Source of the DNA: Candidatus Micrarchaeota archaeon
GTDB taxonomy: Archaea > Micrarchaeota > Micrarchaeia > Norongarragalinales > JAPLXB01
NCBI GenBank assembly: GCA_026396285.1
Contig: JAPLXB010000022.1
Span: 9,506-73,505, forward strand
Reading direction: 5' to 3'
DNA length: 64,000 nucleotides
Shown here piece by piece: positions 1-11,289 of the stretch. Position numbers and translations under genes: made by a program. Numbering within the stretch: the stretch's first letter is position 1; each line of letters starts with the position of its first letter. Below the pieces are notes generated by a model. It was not told the DNA's origin. It did no database searches and saw nothing but the letters and a program-made list of their open reading frames with translations.

Positions 1-211
1 GGCGCTTTCCGAGGGGGTGGGGCTGGCCCAAAAGAAACGGAACGAGGGGGTGCATGCCGGCAGCCGTGAAAAGCACTGTCGGGTCGTTTTCCGGAATCAA
101 TGACGCCGACGGGATTATGGCGTGGCCTTTGGCCTTGAAGAACTCAAGGTATTTTTCAACGAGTTTTGAGCCGGACCATGCTTCAGCCATTCAATCCACC
201 GTGGAGGAAAA

Positions 212-877
212 CTATTGTGCGAGGACTGCCTTAAATAATTTTTTTGAACCGCCGGCGGCGCAGTCGTCCACGATTGCGTCGGCTTTTGCCTTCGCCAACG
301 CGTTCCTTGGAAAAGTGTGGGTGACTGCCACGCACTTCATTCCCGCGCGCTTTGCGGCCACGACGCCTGCGATGGAGTCCTCGATTACCACGCAGTCTCG
401 CGGCCGCACGCCGAGTTTCTTGGCTGCCAGGAAGTAAATGTCCGGCGCCGGCTTCCCGTTCCTGACTTCGCTGCCGGTGGCGATTGCAGAAAACAAGTCT
501 TTTATTCCAAGCGCCGCGATTAGGGCTAGTGCCTCGGAGCGGACGGCGCTCGTGGCCAAACCGATTTCAAAGCCTTTTGCGCGCAATTGGCGCGCCGCGG
601 CAATCGTCTGCCTGAATGGCCGTACAGAACGCTTTATCGTCTGTAAAAGCAATTGGTGCTTCCTGTCCGCCAAGACCATTACTTTAGCGCGCGGCATGCG
701 AAGGAAACGACTCAGGCCTTCCTCGTCGGTCATTCCAATGAAGTGTTTCGCGTAATCCTTGAAGGACAGTTTGACTCCTTCCTGGGCGAGCACCCTGCGG
801 ATTGCCTCATAGTGGGCTTTTTCGCTGTCTGCCAGGACGCCGTCCAAGTCAAAAATGATTGTTTTCATGGAAACCAA
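212..877 (-). CDS. HAD-superfamily hydrolase (beta-phosphoglucomutase/phosphatase-like)
   Basis: 221-aa ORF. N-terminal FDLDGVL (HAD motif I DxDG), a GLATS stretch (motif II-like) and a C-terminal EDSxAG(V) (motif III/IV-like). TAG stop. Confidence 0.7.
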   Translation of the reverse strand: MVSMKTIIFDLDGVLADSEKAHYEAIRRVLAQEGVKLSFKDYAKHFIGMTDEEGLSRFLRMPRAKVMVLADRKHQLLLQTIKRSVRPFRQTIAAARQLRAKGFEIGLATSAVRSEALALIAALGIKDLFSAIATGSEVRNGKPAPDIYFLAAKKLGVRPRDCVVIEDSIAGVVAAKRAGMKCVAVTHTFPRNALAKAKADAIVDDCAAGGSKKLFKAVLAQ

Positions 878-1290
878 TACAACTGCATTGATTAAAAAGT
901 TGGGAGCGAGGCCGTACCCCGCCTTCTGTTCCGGAGCCTGAAAGGCCTACACCGGTTGCGCGAAGCGCAACCCAGGCTTATCCGCGGCATTGGACTGAGC
1001 GGGCATTTGCCCTTGCACTTAGCCAGGCACGTTTCATCCCGCGCAGCTTCAACGGTCGGCGCCAACCCGGCGATGCGAAGCACCGCCAAGCAGGTTTTCG
1101 TCATTCCTCTGCTGTTTGGGTCTCGTTTCTGCTCCCGGCTCCTGCATGACACAGGGGGAATTGCTTCCCTTGAAGCGCTACCCCGGCAACGCGGAGCGTT
1201 GTCCTGGCAGCGCCAGTGGGCGGAAGTTCCTCAGCGCCGCGGCCTTTGAAGCCGCGGTACCGACAGCCGCGCACCTCGCTCCCGTAGACA

Positions 1291-2049
1291 TTGCGGAAAG
1301 GGGATATAAATCAGTTTCCAACAAGTAACCCCGTGGAAAACAAGGAAGTGGAATCCGCGTTTTACGACGCCCTTGCGCTAGCGGGAGTGACTGACTTCTT
1401 CGTCAAGGCGGAACTCAAGCCATTCTCGTCGCTTAGGGCGGACGCGCGGGCCGACCGCGAAAAAGGCGTTCTCTTCATCCATTTGGGCGACGGGTACTCT
1501 TGCGCGCCGCACGAGGCACTGATGGGGCTTGCGCTTGAACTCGTCTCCAAATGCTTTGGAAAAAGGCTTTCGCCCAAGACGGAAGTTTATTCGCGGGCGC
1601 TAAAGGAATTCCTTTCCCGCAAGGCGACCGCCTCGCTCAGCGAGTCACTGAAAATCATGCGCGGCAGGAAAAGGAAAGTGGTCCGCGGAAGGCACCACTA
1701 CCTTGAAAGCGTGCTTGAAAGCGTCGTACAAGAGCACGGCGCGCTGTTCGCCGGCGTGCGCGTTCCTGAAATAACGTGGTCAAAAACCGCCCAGAGGGCG
1801 CGGAGGCTGGCTTTCCACGACCCGGCGCTCGAGCAAATAGTTGTCAACAGGTTTTTTGACTCGCCGCGCGTGCCCGATTACGTCATACGCTATCTAGTAT
1901 TCCACGAGTTGCTGCACGCCAAGCACGAAGTCCTCTACGAGCGGGGAGAGAGCCTGCGGCGCACCGTGCACACGCGTGCGTTCAAGATTGATGAAAGGAA
2001 ATGCCCGCAGTACGGGGAAGCGATGGAGTGGATCAAGCGGTTTTATTGA
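1291..2049 (+). CDS. Predicted zinc-dependent hydrolase, HExxH motif (DUF45/YgjP/SprT-like)
   Basis: 252-aa ORF. C-terminal YVIRYLVFHELLHAKHE fits the YgjP/DUF45-type HELxHxxxxH metal-binding signature. Its 3' end converges on and overlaps the next gene by about 17 nt. Confidence 0.45.
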   Translation: MRKGDINQFPTSNPVENKEVESAFYDALALAGVTDFFVKAELKPFSSLRADARADREKGVLFIHLGDGYSCAPHEALMGLALELVSKCFGKRLSPKTEVYSRALKEFLSRKATASLSESLKIMRGRKRKVVRGRHHYLESVLESVVQEHGALFAGVRVPEITWSKTAQRARRLAFHDPALEQIVVNRFFDSPRVPDYVIRYLVFHELLHAKHEVLYERGESLRRTVHTRAFKIDERKCPQYGEAMEWIKRFY

Positions 2050-2347
2050 AGCGGAAAAAGAGTTTTTCGAAACCGGCGATGCGGCCGCCCTTGGCGAAAA
2101 CGTCTTCGCGCCGGAGCAGGCTGGTTTTTATTGCAACGCCGCGGGAGTAGCCGCCTATTTTTCCCCCGGATGAGACGACGCGGTGGCAGGGCACGCGCAC
2201 CGGGCGGGGATTTTTGTTGAGCGCGTTCCCGGCCGCCCTCGCCGCGCGCGGGCTGCCTGCGGCTCGCGCTATTTCAGCATAGGTTGTGACGCGGCCGCGC
2301 GGCACGCGCTTGACTAAATCCAGTACTCTGGCGGAAAATGAGTTCAC
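2033..2347 (-). CDS. ogt: O6-alkylguanine-DNA alkyltransferase-like protein (MGMT C-terminal DNA-binding domain only)
   Basis: 104-aa ORF. It has a helix-turn-helix region (TYAEIARAAG) followed by VPCHRVV, the PCHRV active-site cysteine motif of the AGT family. The N-terminal domain of full-length Ogt is absent. Confidence 0.65.
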   Translation of the reverse strand: MNSFSARVLDLVKRVPRGRVTTYAEIARAAGSPRAARAAGNALNKNPRPVRVPCHRVVSSGGKIGGYSRGVAIKTSLLRREDVFAKGGRIAGFEKLFFRFNKTA

Positions 2348-2375
2348 GGGAAAAGGAAGGCGGCACGGGTATTAA

Positions 2376-2603
2376 TTATTTTTTGAAAATGACGTGGATT
2401 ACTCCCTTTGCCGTTAACGCGTGCGTTATTCCGCGCTCTCTCTTGAATGCCTGAAGGGCGGTGGTTGTTGTGCCGTGCGCCTTGGTGAAGGCGTTAAACT
2501 CCGTTCCCCGCGGCGTGACAATCACTTTGGCTCCGACTGCCCTAACGTCCAATCCTTGCTTCTTCAGTATCTCGGCGAACCTGCGCGCATGTTCCACTGG
2601 CAC
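2376..2603 (-). CDS. Hypothetical small protein (75 aa)
   Basis: Clean ORF between ogt and the rRNA operon terminator region. No recognisable motif. Confidence 0.25.
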   Translation of the reverse strand: MPVEHARRFAEILKKQGLDVRAVGAKVIVTPRGTEFNAFTKAHGTTTTALQAFKRERGITHALTAKGVIHVIFKK

Positions 2604-3122
2604 GAAATCACCGAAAAAACAGTGGATTCGCTTGTTTAAATGATTTCCGCGGCCGGCGGCTGCACGCGCAATGCTTGCGCTAACGGGTTTTGAAAAAATG
2701 GCTGCGCCGGGTTTTTTTCACGCAGCATTGGTCGTTGGTCCCTCGGGGTAGTGTCCACAAGCCAATGGCAAGTATCGTTACTGCATCAAGAAAATTGCCA
2801 TTGGATTGTGAAGAATGGCCTTTAGTGGCGGTTGGCTCAATGCTCGCTTTCGCTCGCATCTTCCACCTCCGCTCTATCAAACCCATCTGCTATGGGCGGC
2901 CTATGCTGTCTCGTTTTGGGGCCGGCTTCGTCCTTAGTTAGACCCCGACGGGATGCAGTATCAGTAGCTACCTCGGTCCTCATTTAAGGAAATCAGACTG
3001 GGACAGTTTCTTCACGACCGCTCCCGCCGAGTATGCCTTCAGGACTTATCCGATGGCGCGTGGCTACGCGGCATGCGTTGACACAACCGCATTACTAGAG
3101 GCGCCGACTCCCCGTTCCTCTC

Positions 3123-3267
3123 TTGAGCCTGGGCACTGTCCGCGAAACTGTGCAGTCCAGGATAGACTGCGGGAATTTTCACGCAACTGTTGACGACAAT
3201 TCACGGACTTTCGTCTCGTGCCGCCATCTGTTGCGCTTACCGAAAAATATGCGGGCCTTGCCCAGTG
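3123..3267 (-). other. Putative intron/insertion (about 145 nt) splitting the 23S sarcin-ricin loop
   Basis: In rRNA sense the gene reads GAGTAC[145 nt]GAGAGGAACGG. Removing the insert restores the universal AGUACGAGAGGAAC. Confidence 0.5.
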
Positions 3268-3449
3268 TACTCAGGGAACCTTACCCTCAGACAGCAAAGC
3301 ACTTCTAGGAGATGCCACCGAACTGTCTCGCGACGTTCTGAACCCAACTAACGTGCGTTTTTAACGGATGAACAACCCGACCCTTGGCGGCTCCTGCACC
3401 ACCAGGATAACGCGAGCCGATAGCGATGTACCAAACCGCGTGGTCGATT

Positions 3450-3644
3450 AGCCCTTTTCAAGGCAATTTTCCTCACAGTCGTGGTACGAGTTGGTTTCGT
3501 GACCATCGTTCGAATCAGTCGATCGCCGACTGAACGTAGAAATTTTTTGGGACTCCTGCGCCCGAATCGGCGCGACTTGAAACGAACAGCCTCGCACCAC
3601 GAGAAAATCACCATACCCTTCCATGAAAACACGGAAGAGGAAAA
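3450..3644 (-). other. Putative intron/insertion (about 195 nt) in 23S domain V
   Basis: In rRNA sense the gene reads CGAGAGTTCAT[195 nt]AATCGACCACGCGGTTTGGTACATCG. The conserved sequence is ...GAGUUCAUAUCGACGG..GUUUGGCACCUCG. The insert has no ORF. Confidence 0.5.
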
Positions 3645-6600
3645 ATGAACTCTCGCACGCGACGAGCCTGTTACCCCCGGGGTAGCTTGTCTGACAGAAC
3701 GGGCCCCCAGTAAAAGGGACACCGTTGTTCGCTAAGCCCGACTTTCGTCTCTGCGGACCATTTTGTTAGGACCACAGTCAATCCGGCATTTGTCTTTGAC
3801 CCTCTACAGCGCATTTCTGACGCGCTTGAGCCGAATATTAGGCGCCTTTGTTTTTTTATCGAAGGCGTACCGCCCCAGCCAAAACGCCCATCAGCAGCTG
3901 TCCATTTCTGTTAGAAACACAGTCAAAGAATAGCAGTGTCACACTTTCGCCTATCGCCGCCCCGGAAGGCGGCGCATAACGGCTCCTGCTTACGCTTTGA
4001 TCCCCCAACCGTATTCCAACTGCAAACTGCGTTTAAGCTCCACGGGGTCTTCGTTTCCCCCTAGAAGTCCTCGGCATGTTCACCGAGTAGTAGGTTCACC
4101 AGGTCCAAAGCTGGGACAGTGGGACGCTCGTTACGCCATTCATGCAAGCCGCCAATTAAGCGGCGAGGTATTACGCTACCTTAAGAGAGTCAGAGTTACT
4201 CCCGCTCTTTAACGGTCCTTCGCCCCCTTGAAAGGAGGTTTAAGATCCCGCCAGTGAGCAGGCGTCGGCACCCGTGCACAACGTTTCCATCTTGCGGGTA
4301 CCTGTGTTTTTGCTAAACAGTCGACGTCCCCTTGTTTACAGCCCTTTTTCGCGCTCGGGCGCTATCAACCAAATCATAAGCTTAAAAGCGGGCGCTTTCG
4401 CGTCCGCGGGTTAGCATTTCATGGGTTGTTCATTTCTTCACCGCGTGAAAAAGAGTCACTGCGACCTACCAATCCCCTTCGATGTGATCCGCGAACCCGA
4501 TTGCGTGGAACGCAATCAAGCCGCGTATAATCTCTGGAGAGAGGTAGGCATCCCTTCTTCCGAAGGTATGGGACTAACTTGCCGAATTCCCTAGCTTTGG
4601 TTCTCCTGCCACGCCTTGGCTTTTTCTGCCAGGGGCACCTTTCAGTAAACGTTTTCTTTTGGTGAAGCTTTTCTTTTCCAAAAGAAAAGGCTCAGTACTG
4701 GTTCTTGGTACGGTCTAATGGGATCCATTCCCTCACTCTTTTCAGGGGCTCGTGGAATCGGCCCAACCCTTTCGGGCTATTCCCTGCTTGGGCGCATGCT
4801 CCTCGTTACGAGACTTCTGCGCTCTGTTCAGGTTAACCACCCTCTCGGGTGGTGGGCTTGTCCGCAAGCGTCAAATGAAGGACTTGCGTTGCCGCGCGTA
4901 CCCACTAGGCACACGAATGTTAACGTGTTTCCCTTTCGGCTTCACGGTTACGTTTAGCCTTAGGACCGGCTTACTCTTGGTCGACTAGCGTTGCCAAGAA
5001 ACCCTTGCCCTTCCGGCGTCCAGGAAACGAGTAACAGGACGACGCTCCGCGTCGTCGTGTTAGTTCTCGCCTGGAATTGATGCTACTAGCACCAGGATCT
5101 TCGTCGCGACCCGGTCCACACGACCTCACGGCCGTGCTTCTACCCGGGCCCCGCGCCCTCCTAATCGGTCACGAGATTTCCTCTCGTGCGCTGGAGTATC
5201 GGTGATGCGCTTAGTCCCGATAGTTTACAGCGCCGCAGTCCTTGACGGGTCCGCTGTTACGCGTTGTTTAAAGGATGGCTGCTTCTGAGCCTACCTCCCC
5301 GCTGTCTGAGAACCATGACGCCTTGTCTTAACACTTAGCGCATGCTTTGGGACCTTAGCTCCAGTAGGGGTCGTTCCCCTCTCGGCGTACGCGCTTATCT
5401 CGTACAGCCCAACTCCCAGCGTCTTAAACGCTGACGGCTTCGGAGTTTGACAGGAAAGTGAGGATTTTACTCCCCGTTCTTCCCAGTCGGTTGCTCTACC
5501 CGTCAGCTGTCTCGGCTGAGGCTGTCCTGAGAGACACTTCGGAGGGAACCTGCTAATGCCGGCCTCGAATGAACTTTCATCCCTAGGCACGAGTCACCCC
5601 AGCGGCTGTCCAACCTTTTTGGTGAAGCTTTTTGCGTACAAAAAGGTTCTTAGACCAGCACGGGTTGCGGGCCTCCGCCAGCCTTACGGCCGGTTTCGCC
5701 CTGCTCGAGTCTAGATCGGTCCGGCTTCAGGTCTCAAACGAGTGACTCAAGGCGCTTTCGCACCCTCCCCCTCGCGCAACAAGTGCGTTGCGGGGACTCG
5801 CTTTCGCTTTGCATTGTGTGCTCGCCACTCGCATGAACTCCCTGGCCCTTGCTTCGAGAAGTATGATGCAACACTGGTTACTCCTTTCGGAGGTCATTCC
5901 TTTTGCGCCGCATCTTCTTGTAACCACCCAGTTTCAGATTCTTTGCACTGCCCTTTCGGGCTGCTTTTCAGTTTTCCATCACTGTACTGGCTGCGCTATC
6001 GGTCTCGGATTATATTTAGCGTTTGAAGTTAATGCTCCGGCTTTCCCACGCCCAATCCGGGGCGCGGTACTCTGGATCCCACCACACCCGGCGGTCGTTC
6101 GCTTACACGGCTTTCACGTTCTATGGCAAAGCTTTCCAGCTTTCTTCAGCTCCGGCTGCCGGCGTTAAAAGGTGGTCCCTGAACCCCACATCTGAACCGC
6201 CTTGCGGCGGGTCATTCGGTTTGCGCTATTCCGCTTTCGGTCGCCCTACTTGCGGAATCCTGGTTAGTTTCTTTTCCTCTCCCTACTGAGATATTTCAAT
6301 TCGGAAGGTCTTCTCTCCTCTCGGAGTTATTCGGGAACCCGCGGTTCAAAGCCTCCGTGCGGCTACCCGCGGCTTTTCGCAGCTTGGCGCGCCCTTCGTC
6401 GCTATCCGAGCCCAACCATCCACTGAGTGGCATAAACTAGTAGCACTACTCCTCGGGAACCAACGACCTATGCTGCTTCATGAAAACGAAAACGCGTGAC
6501 CGTAGTCAGCGTTTCCTCAGCGCTTGGTTCGACGACGCCCCGGGAAGGGGACTTACTCGCGAACTGCCATTCCTTTTCCAACGATTTTTACTCGCCGAAA

Positions 6601-6673
6601 AGGCGGATGCAAACGAACGCCGCAGCGTCCGCTTGCCACACCGGTTGCGGCGAAGCCGCAACCCGGATGCTAG

Positions 6674-6776
6674 TGGACTCGGTGGGATTTTCATCCCCGC
6701 AGAAATGCACGCAGGGTTTTTGAACCCACGACCTCCTGCTTGCAAAGCAGGCGCGCTGCCACTGCGCTACGAGCCC
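6674..6776 (-). tRNA. tRNA-Ala(UGC) with a roughly 31-nt intron in the T-loop (16S-23S spacer tRNA)
   Basis: The reverse complement reads GGGCTCGTAGCGCAGTGGCAGCGCGCCTGCTTTGCAAGCAGGAGGTCGTGGGTTCAA[AAACCCTGCGTGCATTTCTGCGGGGATGA]AAATCCCACCGAGTCCA. The acceptor stem has the G3:U70 Ala identity pair. The anticodon loop CUUUGCAAG gives UGC. The T-stem GUGGG/CCCAC encloses 38 nt instead of 7. CCA is not encoded. Confidence 0.8.
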
Positions 6777-6973
6777 AAGCCGTGCTTGGTTGCGGAAGTG
6801 ACTCCGCAACAGTCGCTATCCCGGCGAACGCGAACCTGCACCGGCGATGGCTTTAGCCATCGCCAAGGTTGTCCGGCGTCCGCCAAGGCGTTTTTCCAGG
6901 CTCCAAGAATTGCATTGACCAAAGGAAATTGACTTTCCTCAGATCTCTCCAAATTAGTTCTTCCAACCAATTG

Positions 6974-8583
<1,610 letters not shown>

Positions 8584-8847
8584 AGCCACCAACCCGAAGG
8601 TCGGTGGCGTATTGGGTCGCAAGAACTAAATCTATGCTCTTGGAGCCTGAGTCGCACCCGATTGCCAACCACTCGCATGGAGTGGCCTTGGCGTTAGTCG
8701 GGTTTCCATTTTCGCCGCAGTGAAAAAAAGGCCGAACTCAGTCATAGCGTCACTTAAAACGCAGAATCAGCTCTGGTTCGCCGGGACTGCAGCATGAAAA
8801 AAGGGTGCATAATCGCGAATTACGCACCGGAAGAGAATACTCAAGTT

Positions 8848-8868
8848 CTTGATATAAAAACCTTTCTG
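8848..8868 (-). promoter_or_regulatory. Candidate BRE/TATA promoter of the rRNA operon
   Basis: The minus strand reads GAAAGGTTTTTATATC, a purine-rich BRE-like element followed by TTTTTATAT. It lies about 270 nt upstream of the 16S 5' end. No other strong TATA sits between the upstream gene and the 16S. Confidence 0.3.
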
Positions 8869-8928
8869 CACGCTTTTTGACCGCCGGAAAGGCCGTTTTT
8901 GAAGAAAAGCAAAGGTGGCGGCCTCGGT

Positions 8929-10152
8929 TCAGTACTTGACCACAATTTTTTCGCCCAAGTCCGAAATCCGGTCTATCGCCAGGTCGAATTTCTTCCCGTA
9001 ATCCGTTTGCACCGTAAAGCTCTCCTTGCGCTTGCTGACGCCCGAGACCTTGCCGAGGAACCCGCCCATTTCGCTGTACACTTCCTTTCCCTCCATCTTG
9101 AGGGACGCGATGGTGCTTTTCTTGAATTCCTTCGCCAGGTAGATTACGAGAATCATCGCCACGATGGCGAGCATGAGGATGTAGAAGAAGTCGGCGAAAC
9201 TCGTTGCGCCGAGCACCCAGTCCGCGCCGCTGCTGAAAATCACCCACAACAGCACGACTGCGGCCGCGGATATCGCGTGTTTCGGCAACTGGTGTTTTTT
9301 CTTCTCGTTCCACGCGTCAAGGGCCTGGCCCGCGACGATTATCAGGAACGCGACCGGAAGCAGCGGCAGGAGGCCCTTTATCAGGCCGGCCGCGAGCTTC
9401 GCCGCGTTGGTTATTCCCAACTGCCGCATTTCAGAGAACTGCGATATGGAGAGCCAGATTGAGACGAGGATGAAGGGGATTGACGCGAAGTAGAAGATGA
9501 AGCCGGTTTTTTCAAACGAGACTTCCAGGTTGGAGATGCGCCTGAAAAACGTTTCCTCGACTCCAGCAGCCCTGAGGACGAGGTAGGCTCCGAGGAGTCC
9601 CACGAAAGCCCGTATTCCGGGGTCTCCGAACAAAAACCACAGTATCAACGCCACGCCGGGCACGCCGAAGACGACGCGCGCGAACTGAGGCTCCTTGAGC
9701 TTGTCGAGTATCACGAAATAGGTTTTCTCCAGTTCCTTCGTCTGCTTGACCACGACGGTCTTGACGCTGTCTATCTTGATTCTCGACTGGATTACCGGGA
9801 TTATTTTCTCGTCGCTTGCGCCGTCGCTCACGAACACGCATGCGTCGGGCTTGAAGCGCGAAATCACGTGGTCCAGTTGGCGCGCCATTTTCTGGTCGGC
9901 GCAGTAGCCCAGGCGCGCGTCGCCGGTGAGGGCCGCCACTTCCACGTCGTTCGTTTTCCTCAACTCGTCAAAAGTGCGCACCGCCTCGTAAATAGTGTTC
10001 GCGTCGGTGTCTTCAGGGTCTGCGAGGGCGAGTTTTGCGGCCGCATCCAGGTTGGCTACCCTTCCCACGACCGGGCCCCTTACCCTGGCTTTTTCACCCA
10101 GGTCGTCGTCGATGTCTATGGACAGCACGAGCACGCGCTTTTTTTCAGGCAA
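8929..10152 (-). CDS. Membrane protein, DUF373-like (cytoplasmic N-domain plus multi-TM C-half)
   Basis: 407-aa ORF with a TTG start. The N-terminal 180 aa are soluble (VLVLSIDIDDDLGEKA...) and are followed by about 6 hydrophobic helices. This resembles the archaeal DUF373 architecture, assigned from memory only. Confidence 0.4.
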   Translation of the reverse strand: MPEKKRVLVLSIDIDDDLGEKARVRGPVVGRVANLDAAAKLALADPEDTDANTIYEAVRTFDELRKTNDVEVAALTGDARLGYCADQKMARQLDHVISRFKPDACVFVSDGASDEKIIPVIQSRIKIDSVKTVVVKQTKELEKTYFVILDKLKEPQFARVVFGVPGVALILWFLFGDPGIRAFVGLLGAYLVLRAAGVEETFFRRISNLEVSFEKTGFIFYFASIPFILVSIWLSISQFSEMRQLGITNAAKLAAGLIKGLLPLLPVAFLIIVAGQALDAWNEKKKHQLPKHAISAAAVVLLWVIFSSGADWVLGATSFADFFYILMLAIVAMILVIYLAKEFKKSTIASLKMEGKEVYSEMGGFLGKVSGVSKRKESFTVQTDYGKKFDLAIDRISDLGEKIVVKY

Positions 10153-10229
10153 ACGCTCACCAAAACCATTTCGGGATAGAATATTAAAAACAAGGTATTA
10201 AAACACTGCAGTGAGCGTTTGGTGGTTTT

Positions 10230-11237
10230 TTGAACAGGCAGGTCGTCGTCTTCACCGGCATCATCGCAGCCATCCTCCTGATAGCCTACTTCGGGCTGTT
10301 CACCCTCAAGAACCCGGTCCTGCTCGCCATACTAGTCCTCGCCGTCGCGGCCGGGGCAGCGCTGTTCCCGAAATACATTGAATTAAAGGAATACGAGCGG
10401 GCGGTTGTTTTCAGGTTCGGGCGGTTCAGCCGCGTCGCCGGGCCGGGAATACTTTTCATTTTCCCAAGCATCGAGTCGCACCAACTCGTTGACCTTAGGA
10501 CGCAGACCATCGACACCGCGCCCCAGAACGTCATCACCAAGGACAACATCAAGGTGAAAATCGATTCGATAGTGTACCTGAAAATAGTGGATCCGAAAAA
10601 AGTGGTCGTCGAAGTCAAGGACTACAAGACCGCAGTCGTGCAGCTCCTATTGTCAAGGATAAGGGAAATCGCGAGCAGGATGAGCCTTGACGAGCTGCTG
10701 GCGAAGACCGAGGAAATAGACGCCCAGCTCCATGCGGTAATCAGGGACGCGGCCGACGAATGGGGAATAAACGCCCTGCGCGTGGAAGTGCAGAGCATAG
10801 AACTGCCCCAGTCGCTGGTCGAGGCGATGCAGAAAAGGAAGGAGGCGCAGGAACTGCGGGCGCGCGTGGAAACCGAGGCCGAGGCGCGGAGTACATCGAT
10901 AGAAATCCTGGACCGCGCGGCTTCAAAAATGAGCGACACGACGCTGTCGTACCTTTACCTGGATGCTTTGAAGAAAATCTCCGAGGGGAGGAGCAACAAG
11001 ATAATCTTCCCGCTTGAATTGAGCCATCTCGCGTCGCTTCTTTCAGGAAGGCTGGTAGCGCCTCCGGCCGGCGGAAAACAAAAAGCCGAGCCGTCGTTCG
11101 AGGAGACTGCAAAAGCGCTGCTTGACGCTTACGTGGAGAAGAAAAAGGAATTGATTGAAAAAACCGGCGCCGCAGGGGAACACCCGGTGAAGGAAGCCGC
11201 GGAAACGCTCCAAGGCAAAAGAAAGACGATAGTCTGA
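10230..11237 (+). CDS. SPFH/band-7 family protein (stomatin/prohibitin-like)
   Basis: 335 aa. An N-terminal TM anchor is followed by EYERAVVFRFGR...GPGILFIFP...TQTIDT...NVITKDNIKVKIDSIVYLKIVDP, the characteristic SPFH core. A C-terminal coiled-coil/Ala-Glu-rich tail follows. Confidence 0.75.
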   Translation: MNRQVVVFTGIIAAILLIAYFGLFTLKNPVLLAILVLAVAAGAALFPKYIELKEYERAVVFRFGRFSRVAGPGILFIFPSIESHQLVDLRTQTIDTAPQNVITKDNIKVKIDSIVYLKIVDPKKVVVEVKDYKTAVVQLLLSRIREIASRMSLDELLAKTEEIDAQLHAVIRDAADEWGINALRVEVQSIELPQSLVEAMQKRKEAQELRARVETEAEARSTSIEILDRAASKMSDTTLSYLYLDALKKISEGRSNKIIFPLELSHLASLLSGRLVAPPAGGKQKAEPSFEETAKALLDAYVEKKKELIEKTGAAGEHPVKEAAETLQGKRKTIV

Positions 11238-11289
11238 CCGCGCCCGGCATTCACCAGCCTGTTCACTGATGCTTTTTTCCACGCCTTGT

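Larger units (their letters stand above)
2815..6458 (-). rRNA. rrl: 23S rRNA, about 3.6 kb with several internal insertions
   Basis: The reverse complement contains conserved LSU blocks: GGTTAGAAGCAGCCATCCTTTAAA, GGGGGTAACAGGCTCGTC (PTC region), GTTCAGAACGTCGCGAGACAGTTCGG and GAGTAC...GAGAGGAACGG (sarcin-ricin loop). The 5' end region matches archaeal GTGGATGGTTGGGCTCGGATAGCGACGAAGG. Ends are approximate to within 20 nt. The length is about 600-700 nt above a typical archaeal 23S. Confidence 0.8.

Noticed and set aside
2604-2815. Search for a 5S rRNA or second spacer tRNA downstream of the 23S
   Set aside because: No 5S-like sequence (no CCCGAAC-type blocks) and no cloverleaf were found. The region contains only a hairpin (CCAATGGCAA...TTGCCATTGG) and oligo-T tracts consistent with operon termination.
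3123-3644. Possibility that the rRNA insertions encode homing endonucleases
   Set aside because: All inserts are under 200 nt and contain no ORF of useful length and no LAGLIDADG-like coding potential. I treat them as ORF-less mini-introns or expansions.
10141-10240. Inverted copies of GTGAGCGTTTG flanking the divergent DUF373/stomatin intergenic region
   Set aside because: Each copy sits 5-12 nt upstream of a TTG start and contains GGTGA/GGTGG. These are most simply Shine-Dalgarno-like ribosome-binding sequences rather than an operator.
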